Positions 1-13,435 are shown, counted from the first letter of the stretch. The stretch is 64,000 bases of DNA from an uncultured delta proteobacterium (GCA_963761335.1 CAVXGR010000013.1:64001-128000), one strand, 5' to 3'. Made by a program: numbers and translations. The notes: a model not told the origin generated them from the letters alone.

Positions 1-371
1 CCCCGGTCGAGGCGCTGATCGCCGCCAGTGTCTTCGCGCTCGCCGTCGAGCTGACGCGCGCCCCCGACACCCGCTCGCTGCTGCGCCGCGCCCCCTGGAT
101 CATGGCGCTGAGCTTCGGAATGCTGCACGGCCTCGGCTTCGCTGCGGCGCTGCGCGAGATCGGGCTGCCCTCGGGAGAGGTCCCGCTGGCGCTGCTCGCC
201 TTCAACCTCGGCATCGAGGCCGGCCAGCTCGCCGTCGTCGGCACCGTCCTCGCAGCGCGCAGCCTGGCGCCGCTCGCCCTGCCGCGCCGCCTGGCCTGGA
301 TGCCCGCCTACGCCATCGGCTGCACCGCGGCGTACTGGTGCATTCAGCGCGGCGTCGTCGCCTTTTACTAG
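1..371 (+). CDS. HupE/UreJ-family membrane protein (5'-partial)
   Basis: Frame from nt 3 reads PVEALIAASV...FGMLHGLGFAAAL...FNLGIEAGQL, typical HupE/UreJ motifs. Confidence 0.8.
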   Translation, partial: PVEALIAASVFALAVELTRAPDTRSLLRRAPWIMALSFGMLHGLGFAAALREIGLPSGEVPLALLAFNLGIEAGQLAVVGTVLAARSLAPLALPRRLAWMPAYAIGCTAAYWCIQRGVVAFY

Positions 372-469
372 CTCTCGAGCTCGAGGGTTTTCGGGTCGGG
401 CTTCCGTCGGCTCAGGCGCTGTCTCCGACAAACGCGCGAACTCCGTAACCCGAAAGCCCCTCAACCGAT

Positions 470-1180
470 TTACGGCAAGCTGCGAACGGCGCGGGCGCGG
501 AACAGGTTTCCGGGATCGGTGCTGGTCACCAGCGGCTTGCCGTTGGTGAAGTCCACGACCCAGACCTGGTCGGTCGAGGAAACGTACTCGTCGGCGGCGG
601 TGAAGCTGTCCGTGCCGTTTTCGAAGATCGGGTCGACGCAGGGGGCGCTGCTGCAGCCCGGATAGACATCGGCGGAGATCGACAGCAGCTCGCCCCGGGT
701 GGGCAACCGCCAGTCGGAGTGTCCGGCGAAGCCGGTACCGCCTTCCGTGTTCACGCTCGACAGCCAGGTGGTCGTCGCATCGGTCCAGTTGTAGGAGTTG
801 TCGACATCGTGAAAGCCGCCGCTGTCGTCCTTCTTCTCCCACATCACCTGCAGGAGCTGGTCGGTGATCGTGCCGTCGCCGTTGTCGATCAGGCGATTGG
901 TGCCACCAGACCAAACGCCGGTGGGACAGGCCGCTCCCCAATGGAGGGCGGCCTTCGTCCACTTCTTGAGGAGCTTGTCCTGGCACTTGGTGAAGTCGGG
1001 TGCCTCCCCCTTGCGCACCGCCTTGGCCCGCTCCTTCATGATGCAGAAGACGTTCTGGCCTGCGACCTTCAGATAGGCAGCCTCGCACTTCTGGGCGTCG
1101 GTGGGCGGGGCAGCCGAGGCAACGCCGGCGCAGAGCATACCGGTGGCGAGAACCGCGAGCGTGCGGGCAATCAGCTTCAT
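470..1180 (-). CDS. Secreted DUF1566 (Lcl C-terminal domain) protein
   Basis: Signal peptide from MKLIARTL with AAGGAGG RBS; DNGDGTITD, MWEKK, GHSDWRLPT, RARAVR motifs. Confidence 0.85.
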   Translation of the reverse strand: MKLIARTLAVLATGMLCAGVASAAPPTDAQKCEAAYLKVAGQNVFCIMKERAKAVRKGEAPDFTKCQDKLLKKWTKAALHWGAACPTGVWSGGTNRLIDNGDGTITDQLLQVMWEKKDDSGGFHDVDNSYNWTDATTTWLSSVNTEGGTGFAGHSDWRLPTRGELLSISADVYPGCSSAPCVDPIFENGTDSFTAADEYVSSTDQVWVVDFTNGKPLVTSTDPGNLFRARAVRSLP

Positions 1181-1329
1181 GACTTGGGCCTCCTTCGGAT
1201 TTCCCAGAACGCCGGAGCCCCCCAGCCTCGGCGATCGGGCATGGAGACGATACGTCCAACCGGTCGGAAGTTGCAACGGGAAAAGCGGATCAGTCGATCC
1301 GTGACTCGGCGGCCCAGTGGCTTGGTGCC

Positions 1330-4300
1330 TCAGTCATTGTCGTCGACGACCTCGATCACCAGCTCGACGCTGTCGTTGCTGGGCACCAGGTCGCCCAGCG
1401 GGCCGCTGGCCGTGATCGTGGCGACGCAGCGGGCCGGGCGGCGCGGGCTGGTGCTGCTGAAGGCGGCGCTGTCAGCGTGCACGGCCAGCGTGGCGCGGGC
1501 GTGTCTGCCACCGCGAACGACCACACTGTTGGCCGGACCCGCCGCGGCGCGGCCAAAATCGGCCGCACTTACGGTCCCCGCCGGACAGGTGCCGTTGTCC
1601 ACGGTGACCGTGATCAGGTGGCCGGGCTTCTCCGGCACCGGCAGGAGATCGCCGTTGCCGACTTTGATGTGTACAGTCTTGTCGGCGCCGGCGGCTCCGG
1701 AGCGGATGCGCAGGCGAACCGCGTGAACCGGGCTGATGAAGGTCTCCTGGGGCGAGGGCTGGGGGCTATCGTTGCGGTCGTAGACGTCGAGCTCCAAGCG
1801 TAGGACATTGTTGCCCGGGGTGGCATCCGGGCGGCCGTCGGGATCCACGGCGGTGAAGCTCAGTACGCAGCGCACCGGAACGTTCTTGTTCACGGTCGTA
1901 AAGGTCGCCGCGGAGAAATAAAGAGGGACGAAGGCGACGGCCGTCTTCCCGCCGGTAATCTCGACAGTGTCCTCACCGGAGGAGCGCGGGTTGAAGCTAG
2001 GCACGTCGGCCAGAGTACCCGCCGGACAATCTCCTTCGTCGGCAACGAGCTGGACGGTTCGGCTGATCTTCTCGTTTGCCCGGAAGTCGAAGCTGGGCGC
2101 ATTGTCGTTGCGCACGCGCAGGGGCAGCCGCTTGAAGAACGAGCTCTGGCCCTTCGAAATCACGATACGCATGGGCGAATGCGACAGCACCTCGTTGTCG
2201 ACCGCGGTCAGGGTGCAATCACTGGCGCAGGCGTCACCATCATCGGCATTGCCGTCGTCACACTCCTCGCCTGGATCGACGATCCCGTTGCCGCAGCCCG
2301 TCAGGGCGCAGTTCGACTCGCAGCCGTCGCCATTGACGAGATTGCCGTCGTCGCATTCCTCGGGGCGGCCAATCTGGCCTTTTATCTCGGCCACCAGTCC
2401 GCGGAAGAAATCGTTCCGGGCCGCTCCGGTGACGATCTGCTCGGGGAAGACGCGGGCGATGAGACCGCACTCGATGTCTGCCGAGCAGCTGCGGCCGACG
2501 CGGCCTGCGGTACAGACTCCGCTGTCGCAGCGCCCGGCACCGAGCAGCTGTCCCTGGATGCTCCGATCCATGCGCTTGGCGCGCAGCGCGTCCAGAGTGG
2601 CGGCGACGTCGAGGGTTCCGTCCGGCCGGTACTGCGACGCGTCCGAAGAGCCGTACTGAAAGTTGGTTGGCGCCGTCAGCGCGTTGACGATCAGGTTGAG
2701 GATCACCTGGTTATCGATCAGGCGCTGCGCCGCCTCGTCGAGGCGCACCTGGAAGGGCGCCGCCAATGAGGGAACCGAGATCCAGTTGGGCGGCGGCTCG
2801 CGGTCCGGGGTGTCGTTGGCAATCGACATCGGCAGATCATCGTTCTCGTCGGTGTAAAGAATGAAAACCTTCTGCGCGTCCGGGCGGAACGACAGGTTGT
2901 CGAAGGCAAAATCGATCGCCTCGGTTCCCGACTCCGTCTCGCCGGTGACCGGTGAGTCGAGCTCCGTCAGGGCGCCGCGGAATGCCTCGCCAGCGGTGGT
3001 GAAGTCGGTGACCACGCTCGGGTATTCGACTCCACCACTGTACCGGCCGGTGCCGAAACGGACCAGCGCCAGGCGCTCGTCGACGCCGGCCCGCTGCAGC
3101 TCCTCTGGCAGACTGCCGAGATCGTGGACGAGGTTGGAAACCTCCGTCCGCATCGACCGGCTGGTGTCGACCATCAGGACCACGTCCGCCACCGTGGGAT
3201 CGATGATACCGTCGCCGCAGTGGGGCAGGACGCAGGTGGTCCGGCAAGCGCCGGGGACGGTGTCGCTGTTGTTGCTGCCGGCGTCGCATTGCTCGCCCGT
3301 CTCGACCACACCGTTGCCGCACTGGTCGAAGATCGTCGACACGCTGGCACTGTTGTCGCCGGGGTTGGCATCGGCGCCGCTGGTGCCGTCGTCGGCAATC
3401 GAGACGGTGTTGTCGATGGTCTCCACCGCCGCCGGCACGCTGGCGTCGACGACCACCGCAAAGAGTGCCGTCGCCGGAGGAGCCCCGGCCACGACCGTGC
3501 CCAGCGACAGGCGGCAGGTGCTGCCGGCCCCCGGTCCGGGAGTACAGGTCCAGCCGGCGGCACTGGCGGCGGCAGCGAAGGTGGTGTGCGCCGGCACCGT
3601 CTCGGTGACCGTGACGCCGCTGCTGCTCTGGTTGCCGGCGTTGGCGTAGGTGAGCGTATAGACCAGGCTCTCGTTGGGATGCACGTTGCTGCGATCGGCC
3701 TGCTTGGAGATCTGCAGGTCCGGGGCGGCGGTAATGCTGCTGCCCGCGGTGTCGCTGTTGTCGGCGGGGTTCGGATCGACGCCGTTGGTGCCGTCGTCGG
3801 CAACGCTGGCGAGATTGCTCACCTGCTCGCCGGCGGCCGCCACCGGGCTGTCCACGGTGACCGCGAAGATGACGCTTCCGGTGGCATTGCCGCCGAGATT
3901 GCCGACGCTGAAGGTGCAGGCGCTGCCCGCGCCGGTGCCCGACGGGCACGACCATCCGCCGGTGCTGCCGGCAGCCGAGAAGGTGGTGTTTGCCGGCACC
4001 GTCTCGCCAATCTGCACGCCGGTGGCATCCTGCGTGCCGTGGTTGGCGTAGCTGAGGGCGAAGTCGATGCGATCGCCGGGGCCGGCGTCCGTGTGGTCGG
4101 AGGTCTTGATCAGGCGCAGATCCGGCGCCGCGTCGATCGGCGTCGTATCGCTGTCCGAGTTGTCGGCTGGGTTGGCATCGGCGCCGTTGGCGCCGTCGTC
4201 GGCGATGCTGGCGCCGTCGTCGAGCTGATCGACACCGGCGGCCAGCGGTGCAGCGTCGACGATGACGGCAAAGACCGCCGCGCCACCGCTGCCGGCGCCG

Positions 4301-7300
4301 GCGAGGCTGCCGATGGAAAGGGTGCAGATGCTCCCCGCCGTACTGTCCGGCGTGCAGCTCCAGCCCGCCGTGCTCGAGGCCGGATCGAAGCTCGCGTGCG
4401 CCGGTACCGTCTCGGTGACGACCACGCCTTCGGCGTCCTGGTTGCCGGCATTGGCGTAGGTCAGCGCATACGCAACCCCACCCCCCGGAGTGGCGGTGAC
4501 ACCGCCGTCGTCGACGAAGATCTGTAGGTCCGGAGCCGCAACCACCGGGACGATCGTGGGATCGTCGGCGGCCGGGGTACCCGGGTCATCGGTGACCACA
4601 TCGGGCAGCTCGGTCGACTCGACTACGGCCTGGTTCACCAGCGTGTCGACTCCCGCGGCCAGCGGATCGTCGATCACCACGTCGTAGGTGACCGACTGGG
4701 AGGTGCCCGCCGCGAGGCTGGCGAAGCGCACCTCGATGCTCGCATCTCCGGCGGTGTTCCCGGTGATCACCGCGGCCGGCGGAGTGACGGAGCCAACCGC
4801 CAGTGCCGTGTGGGGATCGAGGCCGTCGCGGACGACCACGGCCGTCGCGGCGCCGGTTCCGGAGTTGGTGACCGTGACCGTGTAGCGCAGCGTATCTCCC
4901 GGAGAGACCGATCCGGAGCCGTCGGCGTCGACGGCGAGAACGGCCGCCTTGGTGGCGTCGAGCTGCGGCAGATCCAGCAGCGCCCTGCTGTCCGCGGCGG
5001 GGACGCTGCGCTCATTGGCGTCGACGCCGGGGAGAGTCGTCGCCGCCGTGTTCACGACCGTGTTGCTCACCGGCGTCGACGGAGTGCTGCCGCCGCGCAC
5101 CGGGACGGTGAAACGGAAGGTCTCGGTCTCCCCCGGCTCGATCGAGCTCGCCGGCAGCGAGGAGCCCGGGTCGGAGGCCACGCTGACCGTGGTCTGTCCA
5201 GCGCCGGGACCGGCGCCGGCGGTAAACACGAAGCCCGAGGGCACGGATACCGGCGCGATCGAAGCGGTATCCCAGATCGAGTCGTCGAGGACGTCCTCGA
5301 GGCGCAGGTCGTACGCAGGCGCCGTGCCGCTGTTGCTCAGCGCCACGGTGACAGTGACCAAGTCGTCGGTCACCGCACCCATGCTCTTGGAGAGAGTCAG
5401 CCTCGGCGCCACCACGTCGATGGCGGCGCTGTCGGCGAGCGGCGTACCGCCGGAGTAGTCGAGCACCGCCTGATTGACCAGGGTGTCGCCGTCGGCGTTC
5501 GCCGGCAGATCGACGACGCGGCCGGTGACCCGCAGGGTGATGCGGTCCTTGCCGTCGTCGACCCCGTCGGGAGTATTGGTCACCGTGCCGAAGTCGAAGA
5601 CGACGGTGTCGTCACGGCCGTCGCCGAGGAGGTCGTCGGCGAGCACAGGCGTTCCCGGAGCAGTGGTGGTGATGTTGGCGCCGATGGAGACGATGCTCGC
5701 CGCCACCGGCTCGATGAAGCCGCTGGCCGGATCGGCCGGCATGGTGTCGGTCACCACGGCGCCGTCGGCGACGCCTTCGGGGAAGACGACGGTGATCGTG
5801 TAGTCGACCGTCTCACCGATGGTCAGATCGAGCAGCGCCGGGTCGTGCTGGCTGCTGCCGGTGTCCGCCAGGCTGGATCCGGTCGTCAGCTTGGTGAGCC
5901 CGGGGGCGAGGATGGTGACGCTCGCCGACGCCGAGTCACTGCGCCGGCGGGTCTCGCCCGCGGTGAACACGGGCAGCGAGTCGTAGGTCATGGTCGCCGT
6001 GCCGGTGTACGTCTGCGACGGCGCGACCGTGTCGTCGACGCGCGCCGTGTACTCGATCGAGCAGGTGCTCGCCGCCAGGGTCAGCGTCGGAACCGAGTAG
6101 ACGATGTTCGGCGCCGCCGAGGAGTCGACGGTCAGGCCGGCGCAGTCAGAGACCACGGTGGCGTCGCTGATCCACGAGAGGCCGGGGCTCGGCAGGGCGT
6201 CGGTGATGCGCACCGACATGGCGTCGGCAGTCGACTGCGCGGTGTGCGCCAGGACGATGCGGAAAGTAACCTGGTCGCCGGCATCCGCCAGCAGCGGCTC
6301 CGGCACGGCCGTCTTGGCGACGCTGAGGAACGGCTCGACAAGGTCGACGAGCGCGGTGCCACTCGAGGTGCCGCCGCCATAGGTCAGGGTCGCGGTGTTT
6401 ACCAGGTCGTCGACGCCGCTCTTGTTCACCGACTTGTCGAGCACCACGGCGACCACCTCGAAGACCAGCTGATCGCCGGCGTCACTGACGCCGTCCGGGG
6501 TGTTGACCACCTGCCCGATGCTCCAGGCGACGCGGTCGGCGACGCCGTCGGAATCGGTGTCGGTCGATGTTCCCGGCGCGCCGAGTGCCGGGAGACCGGC
6601 CCCGGAGAGATTGGCGCCGATGCTCACCAGACGCGAGCTGACCACGGAGAGCACGGCCGTGCCGGTGGGCAGCTGGTCGACGACCGAGGCACTCGGTGTC
6701 GTGCCCTCCGGCAGGGTGACGGCAAACTGATAGGTAGCGGTCTCGCCGATGGTGAGATCCGGCTCCGGTCCGAACAGGGAGTTTCCGGTGGACGGCTCCG
6801 ACGTCGCGGTCACCGACTTCTGCAAGCCGGGCGCGGTGATGACGATCTGGTGATCGTCGCTGCCGGTGCCGACGCGCTCGTTGGGATCGCCGTCCGCCGG
6901 CAGGCTGTCCCAGCGCAAATCGGCGGTATCGGTGATGGTCGAGCTCGGCGTCACCGTGCTCAGGATCGTCGCCTGGAACTGGAACTCGGCCACCGCGCCC
7001 CGGGCCACCGTATCCCACAGAGCGGTGATGGTGCCCCCTGACTCGCTCAGCTGCGCCGGCGCCACCGTGCCGGTATCGACCAACGAGCCCGGCACGAAGC
7101 TCATGCCCGGCGGAATGGCGTCGGTCACCTGCACGTCGAAGGCGTCCGCGGTGGAGAGACCGGCGTGGTCGACGCGCACGGTAAAGGTCACCACGTCGCC
7201 GGCGTCCCCGGTGGTCACGTCGCCCGTGGTGTTCACTGTCAGCAGCGGCGCGACGACGTCGACGCTGGCGGTCGCCGAAGCGTTCAGGCCCGGGCCAAAC

Positions 7301-10300
7301 TGAAGCAGGGCGCTGTTGGTCAGCTGATCGCCGCTCTGGTTGGCTGGCACGTCGACGACGCGCGCCACCACCTCGACGACGATCTGGTCGCCGGCGTCGG
7401 TCACCATGTCCGGCGCGTTGACCACATCGCCGAAGTCGAAGGTTACGGTGTCATCGAGGCCGTCGCCCAGGTTCACGTCGCTGACGGCAATCACCGCCGG
7501 GGAGTTGCTCGGCGTCAGCCGCGCTCCGATCGACACCTCGGAGGCGGAGACCACCTCGAGCACCCCGGGCGCGAACGGCAAGCTGTCGCGGATGATCAGC
7601 GGCGTGGTTCCCTCCGGCAACGTCGCGGTGATGTGGAAGGTCACCTCTTCGCCGATGGTCAGGTCGTCGAGCAGCGGGTTGAACTGGGAGTTGCCGGTGG
7701 CCGCCACCGAGGTTGCCACCACGGACTTCGACATCGTCGGCGAGGCGATCTGCACCTGGACGGAGCCGCTGGCGGTGCCGGCGCGCTGGTAGGTGTCTGG
7801 GGAAGACGTCGACGGCAGGCTGTCCCACCGCAGATCGGCGGTGTTGGTGATCGAGGTGCCGGACTGCGCGGTCACGTCGATGGTGACGTCGAAGGAGAAC
7901 TCGGCGACGGCGCCGCGCGGCAGGCTCGCCCAGGTGGCCGTGACCGTGCCCGCGGATTGCGACAGCGAGGTGGAGGAGGCGGTCGCCGCGGCGGTGTCGG
8001 CCAGATTGCCGGCGAAGGTCATGTGCGCCGGAAGGGCATCGGTGATCTGCACGTCGAAGGCGTCGGCGGTGGAGGCGCCGGTGTGGGTGACGCGCACCGT
8101 GAAGGTGATGGTGTCGCCGGCGTCACCGTTGCCGGGGCTGGCCGTCTTCACCACCGTGAGAAACGGCTCGACCAGATCGACGGAGACGTTCGCGGCACGG
8201 CTGCCGCCGGGGTAGAACAACGTCGCCGTAGCCGCGGCGTTGTTGTCGCCGCCGGCGTTGGCGGGAGCGTCCGCAACCACGGCGACGATCTCGAAAACGA
8301 TCTGGTCGTTGGCGTCGCTGACACCGTCGGCGGCGTCGAGCACGTCGCCGAGGCTCCACTCGACGCGGTCGAGATAGCCGTCGGCGTTGTTGTCGGTCGC
8401 CGTGCCGGCGACGCCAATCGCGGGTAGCGCCGCGCCGGAGATGTTGGCGCCGATGGAGACGATCCGGGAGCTCAATATGTGCAAGGCGACCGAGCCGGTG
8501 GGCAGCTGCTCGCGCACCCGCGCCGCCGGAGTGGTGCCCTCGGTGAAGGTCACCGGCACGCGGTAGGTGACCCGCTCGCCGATGGTGAGGTCGGTCTCCG
8601 GTCCGTTCACCGCGGTTCCCGTCGACGACTCGGACGTGCTGAAGATCGTATTGCTGATGCTCGGCTGGGCAACAGTGACCGAAGCACTGGCGGAGCCGCT
8701 GCCGACGCGCTCGTTCGGGTCGCCGTCGGCCGGCAGGCTGTCCCAGGCGAGAGCCGCAGTGTTGGTGATCACCTGCTTGGGAACCACGGCGCCGGTGAGC
8801 GCCACCTGGAAGGTGAGCTCGCCCACCCCGCCGACGGGAAGACTGTCCCAGATGGCGGTGATGACACCACCGGACTCGCTCAGCGAGGTCGCCGCTACCG
8901 TGGCCCCGGTGCCGTTTGCCAGGCCACCGGTGAAGACCATCCCGGCCGGCAGTGGATCGCTGATCCGTACGTCGAAGGCGTCGGCGGAGGAAGCCGCGGC
9001 GTGCTGCACGCGCACCGTGAAGGTGATGCCGTCGCCGGCGTCACCGCTGGCGGTGCTGGCCGACTTGCTGACGCTCAGCACCGGCTCGACCAGCTCGACG
9101 TCGGCGCTCGCCGAGGCGGAGCCCGAGCCGTAGTCGAGCTGCCCGCTGTCGGCCAGGCGGTCGCCCCCGGCATTGCGCGGGTCATTGGCGACGCGCGCCA
9201 CCACGGCGATGACGATCTGATCGCCAGCGTCCGTGACGCCGTCGGGAGTGTCGATGACCTGCCCGAAGTCGAAGGCGGCGCTGCCGCTCGTGGTGGTCAG
9301 CACCGGCGGCGCATTGGCAACGGTGAGGTTGGCGCCGACGGAGACGACGCTGGCGGAGACCAGATCGAGAACGCCGGCGGCAGACGACGGCAGCAGATCG
9401 GTGAGCACGACGCGCGGGGTGGTGCCTTCGTTGAGAGTCGCCGTCAGGTAGAAGGTCACCTCCTCACCGATGGTCAGATCGGCGACGGCGGGATCAAAGC
9501 GGGCGCTGCTGGTGGACGCCTCCGAGGTGCTCACCACGGCGAGATCCAGCTGCGGCGTCGCCGCGGCCACGCTGGCGGTATCGCTCCGCGGCACGAACTG
9601 GGTGGCGCCGCTCTGCGAGCTCCAGTCGACGGTGGCGGTGGTGGTGACCACCTGCCCCGGGGTCACCGTCGTATCGAGGTCGCAGGTGACGGTGATCAGC
9701 GCCGTGCCGTCTCCATAGGGCGGCCCACCGCCCACCGGGTTGTCGTCGTTGCGCGGCAGCGCCGCCCCGAGAACCAGGCCGCTGACCAGGTCGCCGCTGT
9801 GGGCCAGCGACGTGCCGCTGCCATTGCGCACCGAGGCCACCGAACAGTTGGTCAGGCCGGCGACGGGAGGATCGGTCACACTCACGTCGTAGGCGGGCGC
9901 ACCGCCGCGGTTCTCGACGGTGATCATGTACGACACCTGATCGCCGCCGTCGGCTCCGGAGAGGTCGCCGTCCGCGGTCTCGGTTGCCGGGTCGGCGGGC
10001 GCCGCAGGCGATATGGTCCCGTCGCCGTCGGTGGCGATGACGCCGCTGGTAATGAACAGATCCGGAGCGCGCACCTTGAAAGGCTCCGGGGCGGTGGCCG
10101 CCGCGGCGGTGCCGGGGGTGTTCTTCGTCGAGGTCTGCAGGATGTTGGCGAATGACAGGCGGTCGGCGAACGGCTCGTCGGTAACGCGCGCATCGACGTC
10201 GACGGCGATCACCTGCGGCGCGGTGGTGACCACGTCCGGCCACTCGATGCGCAGCGCGTTGGTCGCCGCGTCGGTGCTCACCGCAATCGGCGTCAGCCCC

Positions 10301-11970
10301 AGGGTGTCGGTGGGCGCCAACCGCAGGTCCGGAGTCGGCAGGTTGGGTGCACCGGTGATGTCGATGGTGGCGGCGCGGAAGACGGGCAGCGGAAAGAAAT
10401 CCTCGAAGACGATGTCGCGCGAGTCGCCGGAGGGGATGGAGAGCTGGAGGCGAAATGTGACGACGTCGCCCGGAAAGTACTCGGGCTGCGGGTTGAGGAT
10501 GATCTTGCTCGCCGTCACCGGGCGAATGGTCACCGTGGCCCCCGAAGGGTTGGTGCAGCCGGCGGCGCCGGAGGTGAGGCTGTAGGTCGCCAGCGAGCTG
10601 GTGCCCATGCGGTCGGCGGCGCGCACCGGTTCGGGGGGACTGGTGTAGCTCTGCGAGACCGTAGCGGTGTACGTGATCGTGCCGGTGGTCCCCGGCGGCA
10701 GGCTGCCGGTCACGGCGCCGACGTCATAGACGATGGTGGTCACGCCGCTGCCGTCGGTGCTGGTCGCCGGGGAGATGCTCACCGGCGAGCCGTTCACCAC
10801 CATGCCGGCGTGGGTCGCGAAGATGAGGCCGTCGGGCAACAGGTCGCGAACCACCAGGGCGCTGGTCGATACGTAGTCGGAGACCAGGAAGGTCAGCGTA
10901 AAGGTGACCGTTTCCCCGGGGCTGGCGAGCCCGGGCGACACGCCTTCGTGCAGGGTCACGTGGTGTGCCGTGACGGTGCGCGTATCACTGCTCTGCGGCA
11001 GGTCGAGAAGAGGCGGCGGCGCCGCCGGGTTGTTGCGCTGCCCGTCGAGGGTGGCGGCGTTGATCTCCTGCTCGCTGTCGCAGGAGCCGTGATCGAGGAC
11101 GTCGATGACGTGTGCGGCGTAGCGCACCACGACGTCGCTGCTGCCGGTGGTTCCCGTCGCCGCGGCGCAGGTGACGGTGAGCACTCCTCCGGGCGTCGTC
11201 ATCGAGGGGCTGGCGACGGCGGCGCAGCCCACGCCGCCGGCAATGGAGATGGGGCCGTCGAACTGCATCGAGGCGGGCAGCACGTCACCGATCTGGAGAT
11301 TGCTGACCGTCTGCGCGTTGGCGATGTCGGCATTCAGGGTGTAGGTCACCGGGAAGCTGGGTCCGGTCGGACGCTCCGCTTCCGGGGCATCGTCCGACTT
11401 GCTGAAGATGACGATCGTTGGGGTCACCGTGGAGGTCACCGCGATCCCCTCGATCGGGCCGTTGTCCCCCGAAGCGGTGTCGCCGAGGACGAACACCGGC
11501 GTGGCGGTGACCTCGAGCGGCACGCCGATCTCGGCGGCGGCGTCGATGGTGACGCAGATGTTGACGACGAGCGTCGGCTCGCCTTCCACCACCGAGCTCA
11601 CCGGCAGCTCGATGAGCGACAAGGTGCCGCCGTCGGGTCCGGCAATGACCGTCCCCGTCTCTGGATCGGCCAGTGTGTCATCCGGCGCCGAGAAGGTTCC
11701 CACGGAAAGGACCGAGGTGCCAAGGGTGAGAAAGGTCGAGGAATCGAGATGCAGACCCGGAGCCAGGACCAGGCGAACGTAGGGGGCAAAGCCCGGCGCT
11801 CCGGTGTTGGTGAGCCCAGCGTCGAAACAGAACTGCTCGCCCGCGAAGCTCGCCGCGGGAACGTTGGTCGACAGAGCGGGCGTCTGCGCCCGCACCGCAG
11901 AGGGAGCGGCGAAGACGACAATGACCGCGAGCACGGAAGTTGTCAGCTGTGTCAGTCGGGTCAATCGCAT
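1330..11970 (-). CDS. Giant secreted/surface protein (~3,546 aa): isopeptide-type/DUF11 Ig-like repeats, Myxococcus Cys-rich repeats, vWA domain
   Basis: Signal peptide MRLTRLTQ...AVRA; alternating TIGE(E/R/T)xx(F/Y) and GDAGDxxTF modules; [11 protein letters not shown] repeats; MIDAS-like DTSRSM. ORF-track start 12237 runs through a REP and is unlikely. Confidence 0.85.
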   Translation of the reverse strand: MRLTRLTQLTTSVLAVIVVFAAPSAVRAQTPALSTNVPAASFAGEQFCFDAGLTNTGAPGFAPYVRLVLAPGLHLDSSTFLTLGTSVLSVGTFSAPDDTLADPETGTVIAGPDGGTLSLIELPVSSVVEGEPTLVVNICVTIDAAAEIGVPLEVTATPVFVLGDTASGDNGPIEGIAVTSTVTPTIVIFSKSDDAPEAERPTGPSFPVTYTLNADIANAQTVSNLQIGDVLPASMQFDGPISIAGGVGCAAVASPSMTTPGGVLTVTCAAATGTTGSSDVVVRYAAHVIDVLDHGSCDSEQEINAATLDGQRNNPAAPPPLLDLPQSSDTRTVTAHHVTLHEGVSPGLASPGETVTFTLTFLVSDYVSTSALVVRDLLPDGLIFATHAGMVVNGSPVSISPATSTDGSGVTTIVYDVGAVTGSLPPGTTGTITYTATVSQSYTSPPEPVRAADRMGTSSLATYSLTSGAAGCTNPSGATVTIRPVTASKIILNPQPEYFPGDVVTFRLQLSIPSGDSRDIVFEDFFPLPVFRAATIDITGAPNLPTPDLRLAPTDTLGLTPIAVSTDAATNALRIEWPDVVTTAPQVIAVDVDARVTDEPFADRLSFANILQTSTKNTPGTAAAATAPEPFKVRAPDLFITSGVIATDGDGTISPAAPADPATETADGDLSGADGGDQVSYMITVENRGGAPAYDVSVTDPPVAGLTNCSVASVRNGSGTSLAHSGDLVSGLVLGAALPRNDDNPVGGGPPYGDGTALITVTCDLDTTVTPGQVVTTTATVDWSSQSGATQFVPRSDTASVAAATPQLDLAVVSTSEASTSSARFDPAVADLTIGEEVTFYLTATLNEGTTPRVVLTDLLPSSAAGVLDLVSASVVSVGANLTVANAPPVLTTTSGSAAFDFGQVIDTPDGVTDAGDQIVIAVVARVANDPRNAGGDRLADSGQLDYGSGSASASADVELVEPVLSVSKSASTASGDAGDGITFTVRVQHAAASSADAFDVRISDPLPAGMVFTGGLANGTGATVAATSLSESGGVITAIWDSLPVGGVGELTFQVALTGAVVPKQVITNTAALAWDSLPADGDPNERVGSGSASASVTVAQPSISNTIFSTSESSTGTAVNGPETDLTIGERVTYRVPVTFTEGTTPAARVREQLPTGSVALHILSSRIVSIGANISGAALPAIGVAGTATDNNADGYLDRVEWSLGDVLDAADGVSDANDQIVFEIVAVVADAPANAGGDNNAAATATLFYPGGSRAANVSVDLVEPFLTVVKTASPGNGDAGDTITFTVRVTHTGASTADAFDVQITDALPAHMTFAGNLADTAAATASSTSLSQSAGTVTATWASLPRGAVAEFSFDVTIDVTAQSGTSITNTADLRWDSLPSTSSPDTYQRAGTASGSVQVQIASPTMSKSVVATSVAATGNSQFNPLLDDLTIGEEVTFHITATLPEGTTPLIIRDSLPFAPGVLEVVSASEVSIGARLTPSNSPAVIAVSDVNLGDGLDDTVTFDFGDVVNAPDMVTDAGDQIVVEVVARVVDVPANQSGDQLTNSALLQFGPGLNASATASVDVVAPLLTVNTTGDVTTGDAGDVVTFTVRVDHAGLSTADAFDVQVTDAIPPGMSFVPGSLVDTGTVAPAQLSESGGTITALWDTVARGAVAEFQFQATILSTVTPSSTITDTADLRWDSLPADGDPNERVGTGSDDHQIVITAPGLQKSVTATSEPSTGNSLFGPEPDLTIGETATYQFAVTLPEGTTPSASVVDQLPTGTAVLSVVSSRLVSIGANLSGAGLPALGAPGTSTDTDSDGVADRVAWSIGQVVNTPDGVSDAGDQLVFEVVAVVLDKSVNKSGVDDLVNTATLTYGGGTSSGTALVDLVEPFLSVAKTAVPEPLLADAGDQVTFRIVLAHTAQSTADAMSVRITDALPSPGLSWISDATVVSDCAGLTVDSSAAPNIVYSVPTLTLAASTCSIEYTARVDDTVAPSQTYTGTATMTYDSLPVFTAGETRRRSDSASASVTILAPGLTKLTTGSSLADTGSSQHDPALLDLTIGETVDYTITVVFPEGVADGAVVTDTMPADPASGFIEPVAASIVSIGANITTTAPGTPVLADDLLGDGRDDTVVFDFGTVTNTPDGVDDGKDRITLRVTGRVVDLPANADGDTLVNQAVLDYSGGTPLADSAAIDVVAPRLTLSKSMGAVTDDLVTVTVALSNSGTAPAYDLRLEDVLDDSIWDTASIAPVSVPSGFVFTAGAGPGAGQTTVSVASDPGSSLPASSIEPGETETFRFTVPVRGGSTPSTPVSNTVVNTAATTLPGVDANERSVPAADSRALLDLPQLDATKAAVLAVDADGSGSVSPGDTLRYTVTVTNSGTGAATAVVVRDGLDPHTALAVGSVTPPAAVITGNTAGDASIEVRFASLAAGTSQSVTYDVVIDDPLAAGVDTLVNQAVVESTELPDVVTDDPGTPAADDPTIVPVVAAPDLQIFVDDGGVTATPGGGVAYALTYANAGNQDAEGVVVTETVPAHASFDPASSTAGWSCTPDSTAGSICTLSIGSLAGAGSGGAAVFAVIVDAAPLAAGVDQLDDGASIADDGANGADANPADNSDSDTTPIDAAPDLRLIKTSDHTDAGPGDRIDFALSYANHGTQDATGVQIGETVPANTTFSAAGSTGGWSCPSGTGAGSACTFSVGNLGGNATGSVIFAVTVDSPVAAAGEQVSNLASVADDGTNGVDPNPADNSDTAGSSITAAPDLQISKQADRSNVHPNESLVYTLTYANAGNQSSSGVTVTETVPAHTTFAAAASAAGWTCTPGPGAGSTCRLSLGTVVAGAPPATALFAVVVDASVPAAVETIDNTVSIADDGTSGADANPGDNSASVSTIFDQCGNGVVETGEQCDAGSNNSDTVPGACRTTCVLPHCGDGIIDPTVADVVLMVDTSRSMRTEVSNLVHDLGSLPEELQRAGVDERLALVRFGTGRYSGGVEYPSVVTDFTTAGEAFRGALTELDSPVTGETESGTEAIDFAFDNLSFRPDAQKVFILYTDENDDLPMSIANDTPDREPPPNWISVPSLAAPFQVRLDEAAQRLIDNQVILNLIVNALTAPTNFQYGSSDASQYRPDGTLDVAATLDALRAKRMDRSIQGQLLGAGRCDSGVCTAGRVGRSCSADIECGLIARVFPEQIVTGAARNDFFRGLVAEIKGQIGRPEECDDGNLVNGDGCESNCALTGCGNGIVDPGEECDDGNADDGDACASDCTLTAVDNEVLSHSPMRIVISKGQSSFFKRLPLRVRNDNAPSFDFRANEKISRTVQLVADEGDCPAGTLADVPSFNPRSSGEDTVEITGGKTAVAFVPLYFSAATFTTVNKNVPVRCVLSFTAVDPDGRPDATPGNNVLRLELDVYDRNDSPQPSPQETFISPVHAVRLRIRSGAAGADKTVHIKVGNGDLLPVPEKPGHLITVTVDNGTCPAGTVSAADFGRAAAGPANSVVVRGGRHARATLAVHADSAAFSSTSPRRPARCVATITASGPLGDLVPSNDSVELVIEVVDDND

Positions 11971-12147
11971 GTCGGGGGCGGGACGAGCAGCATGTGTGCC
12001 ACCGCTTGTCAGATGATGCGCGCCCCATGAATCCGCCTTGCGGATCTCCGCTGGCGAACCGCCGCCACGAAATGGCATTGACGGAACGTCAAGGCGGTAT
12101 CGGCGCCTATGAGAGTCTGCCATGCGTTCCGCCGCAGATGGGGAGAC

Positions 12148-12220
12148 GGGGACAGGCTTACTTTTGCCGCTCGTAATCTCAGCGGCGCCCCGGATAGACT
12201 CGCAAAAGTAGCCTGTCCCC
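12148..12220. repeat. REP doublet, GGGGACAGGCTACTTTT family
   Basis: ggggacaggcttacttttgc ... gcaaaagtagcctgtcccc inverted pair. Confidence 0.8.
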
Positions 12221-12272
12221 ATCCGCCGCATTGCCATCCTCCATCGAAATCTGCCAATAACTGCGGTTGCGC

Positions 12273-13430
12273 ATGGCAGAGACGATCAAGGATCGCGTGG
12301 CGATCGCCGGGATCGGGCAGACCGCCTTCGCCAAGGGGCTGGAGGATTCGGAGCTGTCGCTGGCCTGCCAGGCGATCGCCGCGGCCATCGACGACGCCGG
12401 CGTGAAGCCGTCCGAGGTGGATGGCCTGGCGATGTTCTCCATGGAGAACGGCCGCGAGGTGGAGGTGGCGCGCAACCTCGGCCTCGGCGACATCACCTAC
12501 TTCGGCGAGATCGGCTACGGCGGCGGCGCCGGATGCGCCACCGTGGGACACGCGGCGATGGCGGTGGCCACGGGACAGTGCCGGGTGGCGGTGGCGTGGC
12601 GAGCGCGCAAGCGCTCGGCCAAGGCCAGCCGCCCGTGGGCGCAGGTGAGCCAGCGGATCGCCGGTGCGCCGCAGTGGACGCGGCCCTTCGGGTTGCTGCG
12701 GCCGGTGGACGAGATCGCCATGCTGGCGCGCCGCTACATGCACGAGTTTGGCGCCACCCGCGACCATCTCGCCAACGTCGCCATCGCCTTCCGCAAGCAC
12801 GCCAACCGCAACCCGCGCGCCAGCATGGCGGACAAGCCGCTGACGCGCGAGCAGTACATGGCGGCGCGCTGGATCTCCGAGCCGCTGTGTCTCTACGACA
12901 ATTGCCTGGAGACCGACGGCGCCCTGGCCGTCGTGCTCGTCTCCGCAGAGCGGGCCCGCGACCTGCGCCAGCCGGCGGCCTACGTGCACGCCTTCGCGCA
13001 GAGCATTCCGCGGCAGCATCAGGTGATGACCAACTACTTCTGCGACGATCCGCTCCTCGGGCCGTCGCACGCCTGCGCCCGGCTGCTGTGGGCCCACAGC
13101 GATTTCCAGCCGAAGGACGTCCCCGTGGCGCAGCTCTACGACGCCTTCAGCCCACTCATTCCCCTCTCGCTCGAAGGCTACGGCTTCTGCGGCCGCGGCG
13201 AGGGAGCGGCGTTCACCGACGGCGGCGCTCTCGAGTGGCCGCACGGCCGGCTGCCGACCAATACCTCGGGCGGCGGCATGTCGGAGGCGTACGTGCACGG
13301 CTTCAACCTGGTGACCGAGGGCGTGCGACAGATTCGCGGCACCTCGACGTCGCAGGTGGAAGGCGCGCAATGCTGTCTGGTGACCAGCGGTGAAGGCGTA
13401 CCGACCAGCGCTCTGCTGCTGCGGAGGTGA
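12273..13430 (+). CDS. Thiolase-superfamily lipid-transfer protein (Ltp2-like aldolase)
   Basis: [38 protein letters not shown]. Confidence 0.85.
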   Translation: MAETIKDRVAIAGIGQTAFAKGLEDSELSLACQAIAAAIDDAGVKPSEVDGLAMFSMENGREVEVARNLGLGDITYFGEIGYGGGAGCATVGHAAMAVATGQCRVAVAWRARKRSAKASRPWAQVSQRIAGAPQWTRPFGLLRPVDEIAMLARRYMHEFGATRDHLANVAIAFRKHANRNPRASMADKPLTREQYMAARWISEPLCLYDNCLETDGALAVVLVSAERARDLRQPAAYVHAFAQSIPRQHQVMTNYFCDDPLLGPSHACARLLWAHSDFQPKDVPVAQLYDAFSPLIPLSLEGYGFCGRGEGAAFTDGGALEWPHGRLPTNTSGGGMSEAYVHGFNLVTEGVRQIRGTSTSQVEGAQCCLVTSGEGVPTSALLLRR

Positions 13431-13435
13431 GGCGA

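Noticed and set aside
5900..9200. Repeated DNA blocks in the giant gene as a diversity-generating retroelement TR/VR pair
   Set aside because: They are in-frame domain repeats with no evident adenine-specific pattern, and there is no reverse transcriptase in the window.
4810..10155. Long plus-strand ORFs opposite the giant gene, and similar antisense ORFs such as 20427-22874, 34948-37401 and 60869-63322
   Set aside because: Shadow ORFs of high-GC coding DNA with Arg/Gly/Ala-rich, motif-free translations.
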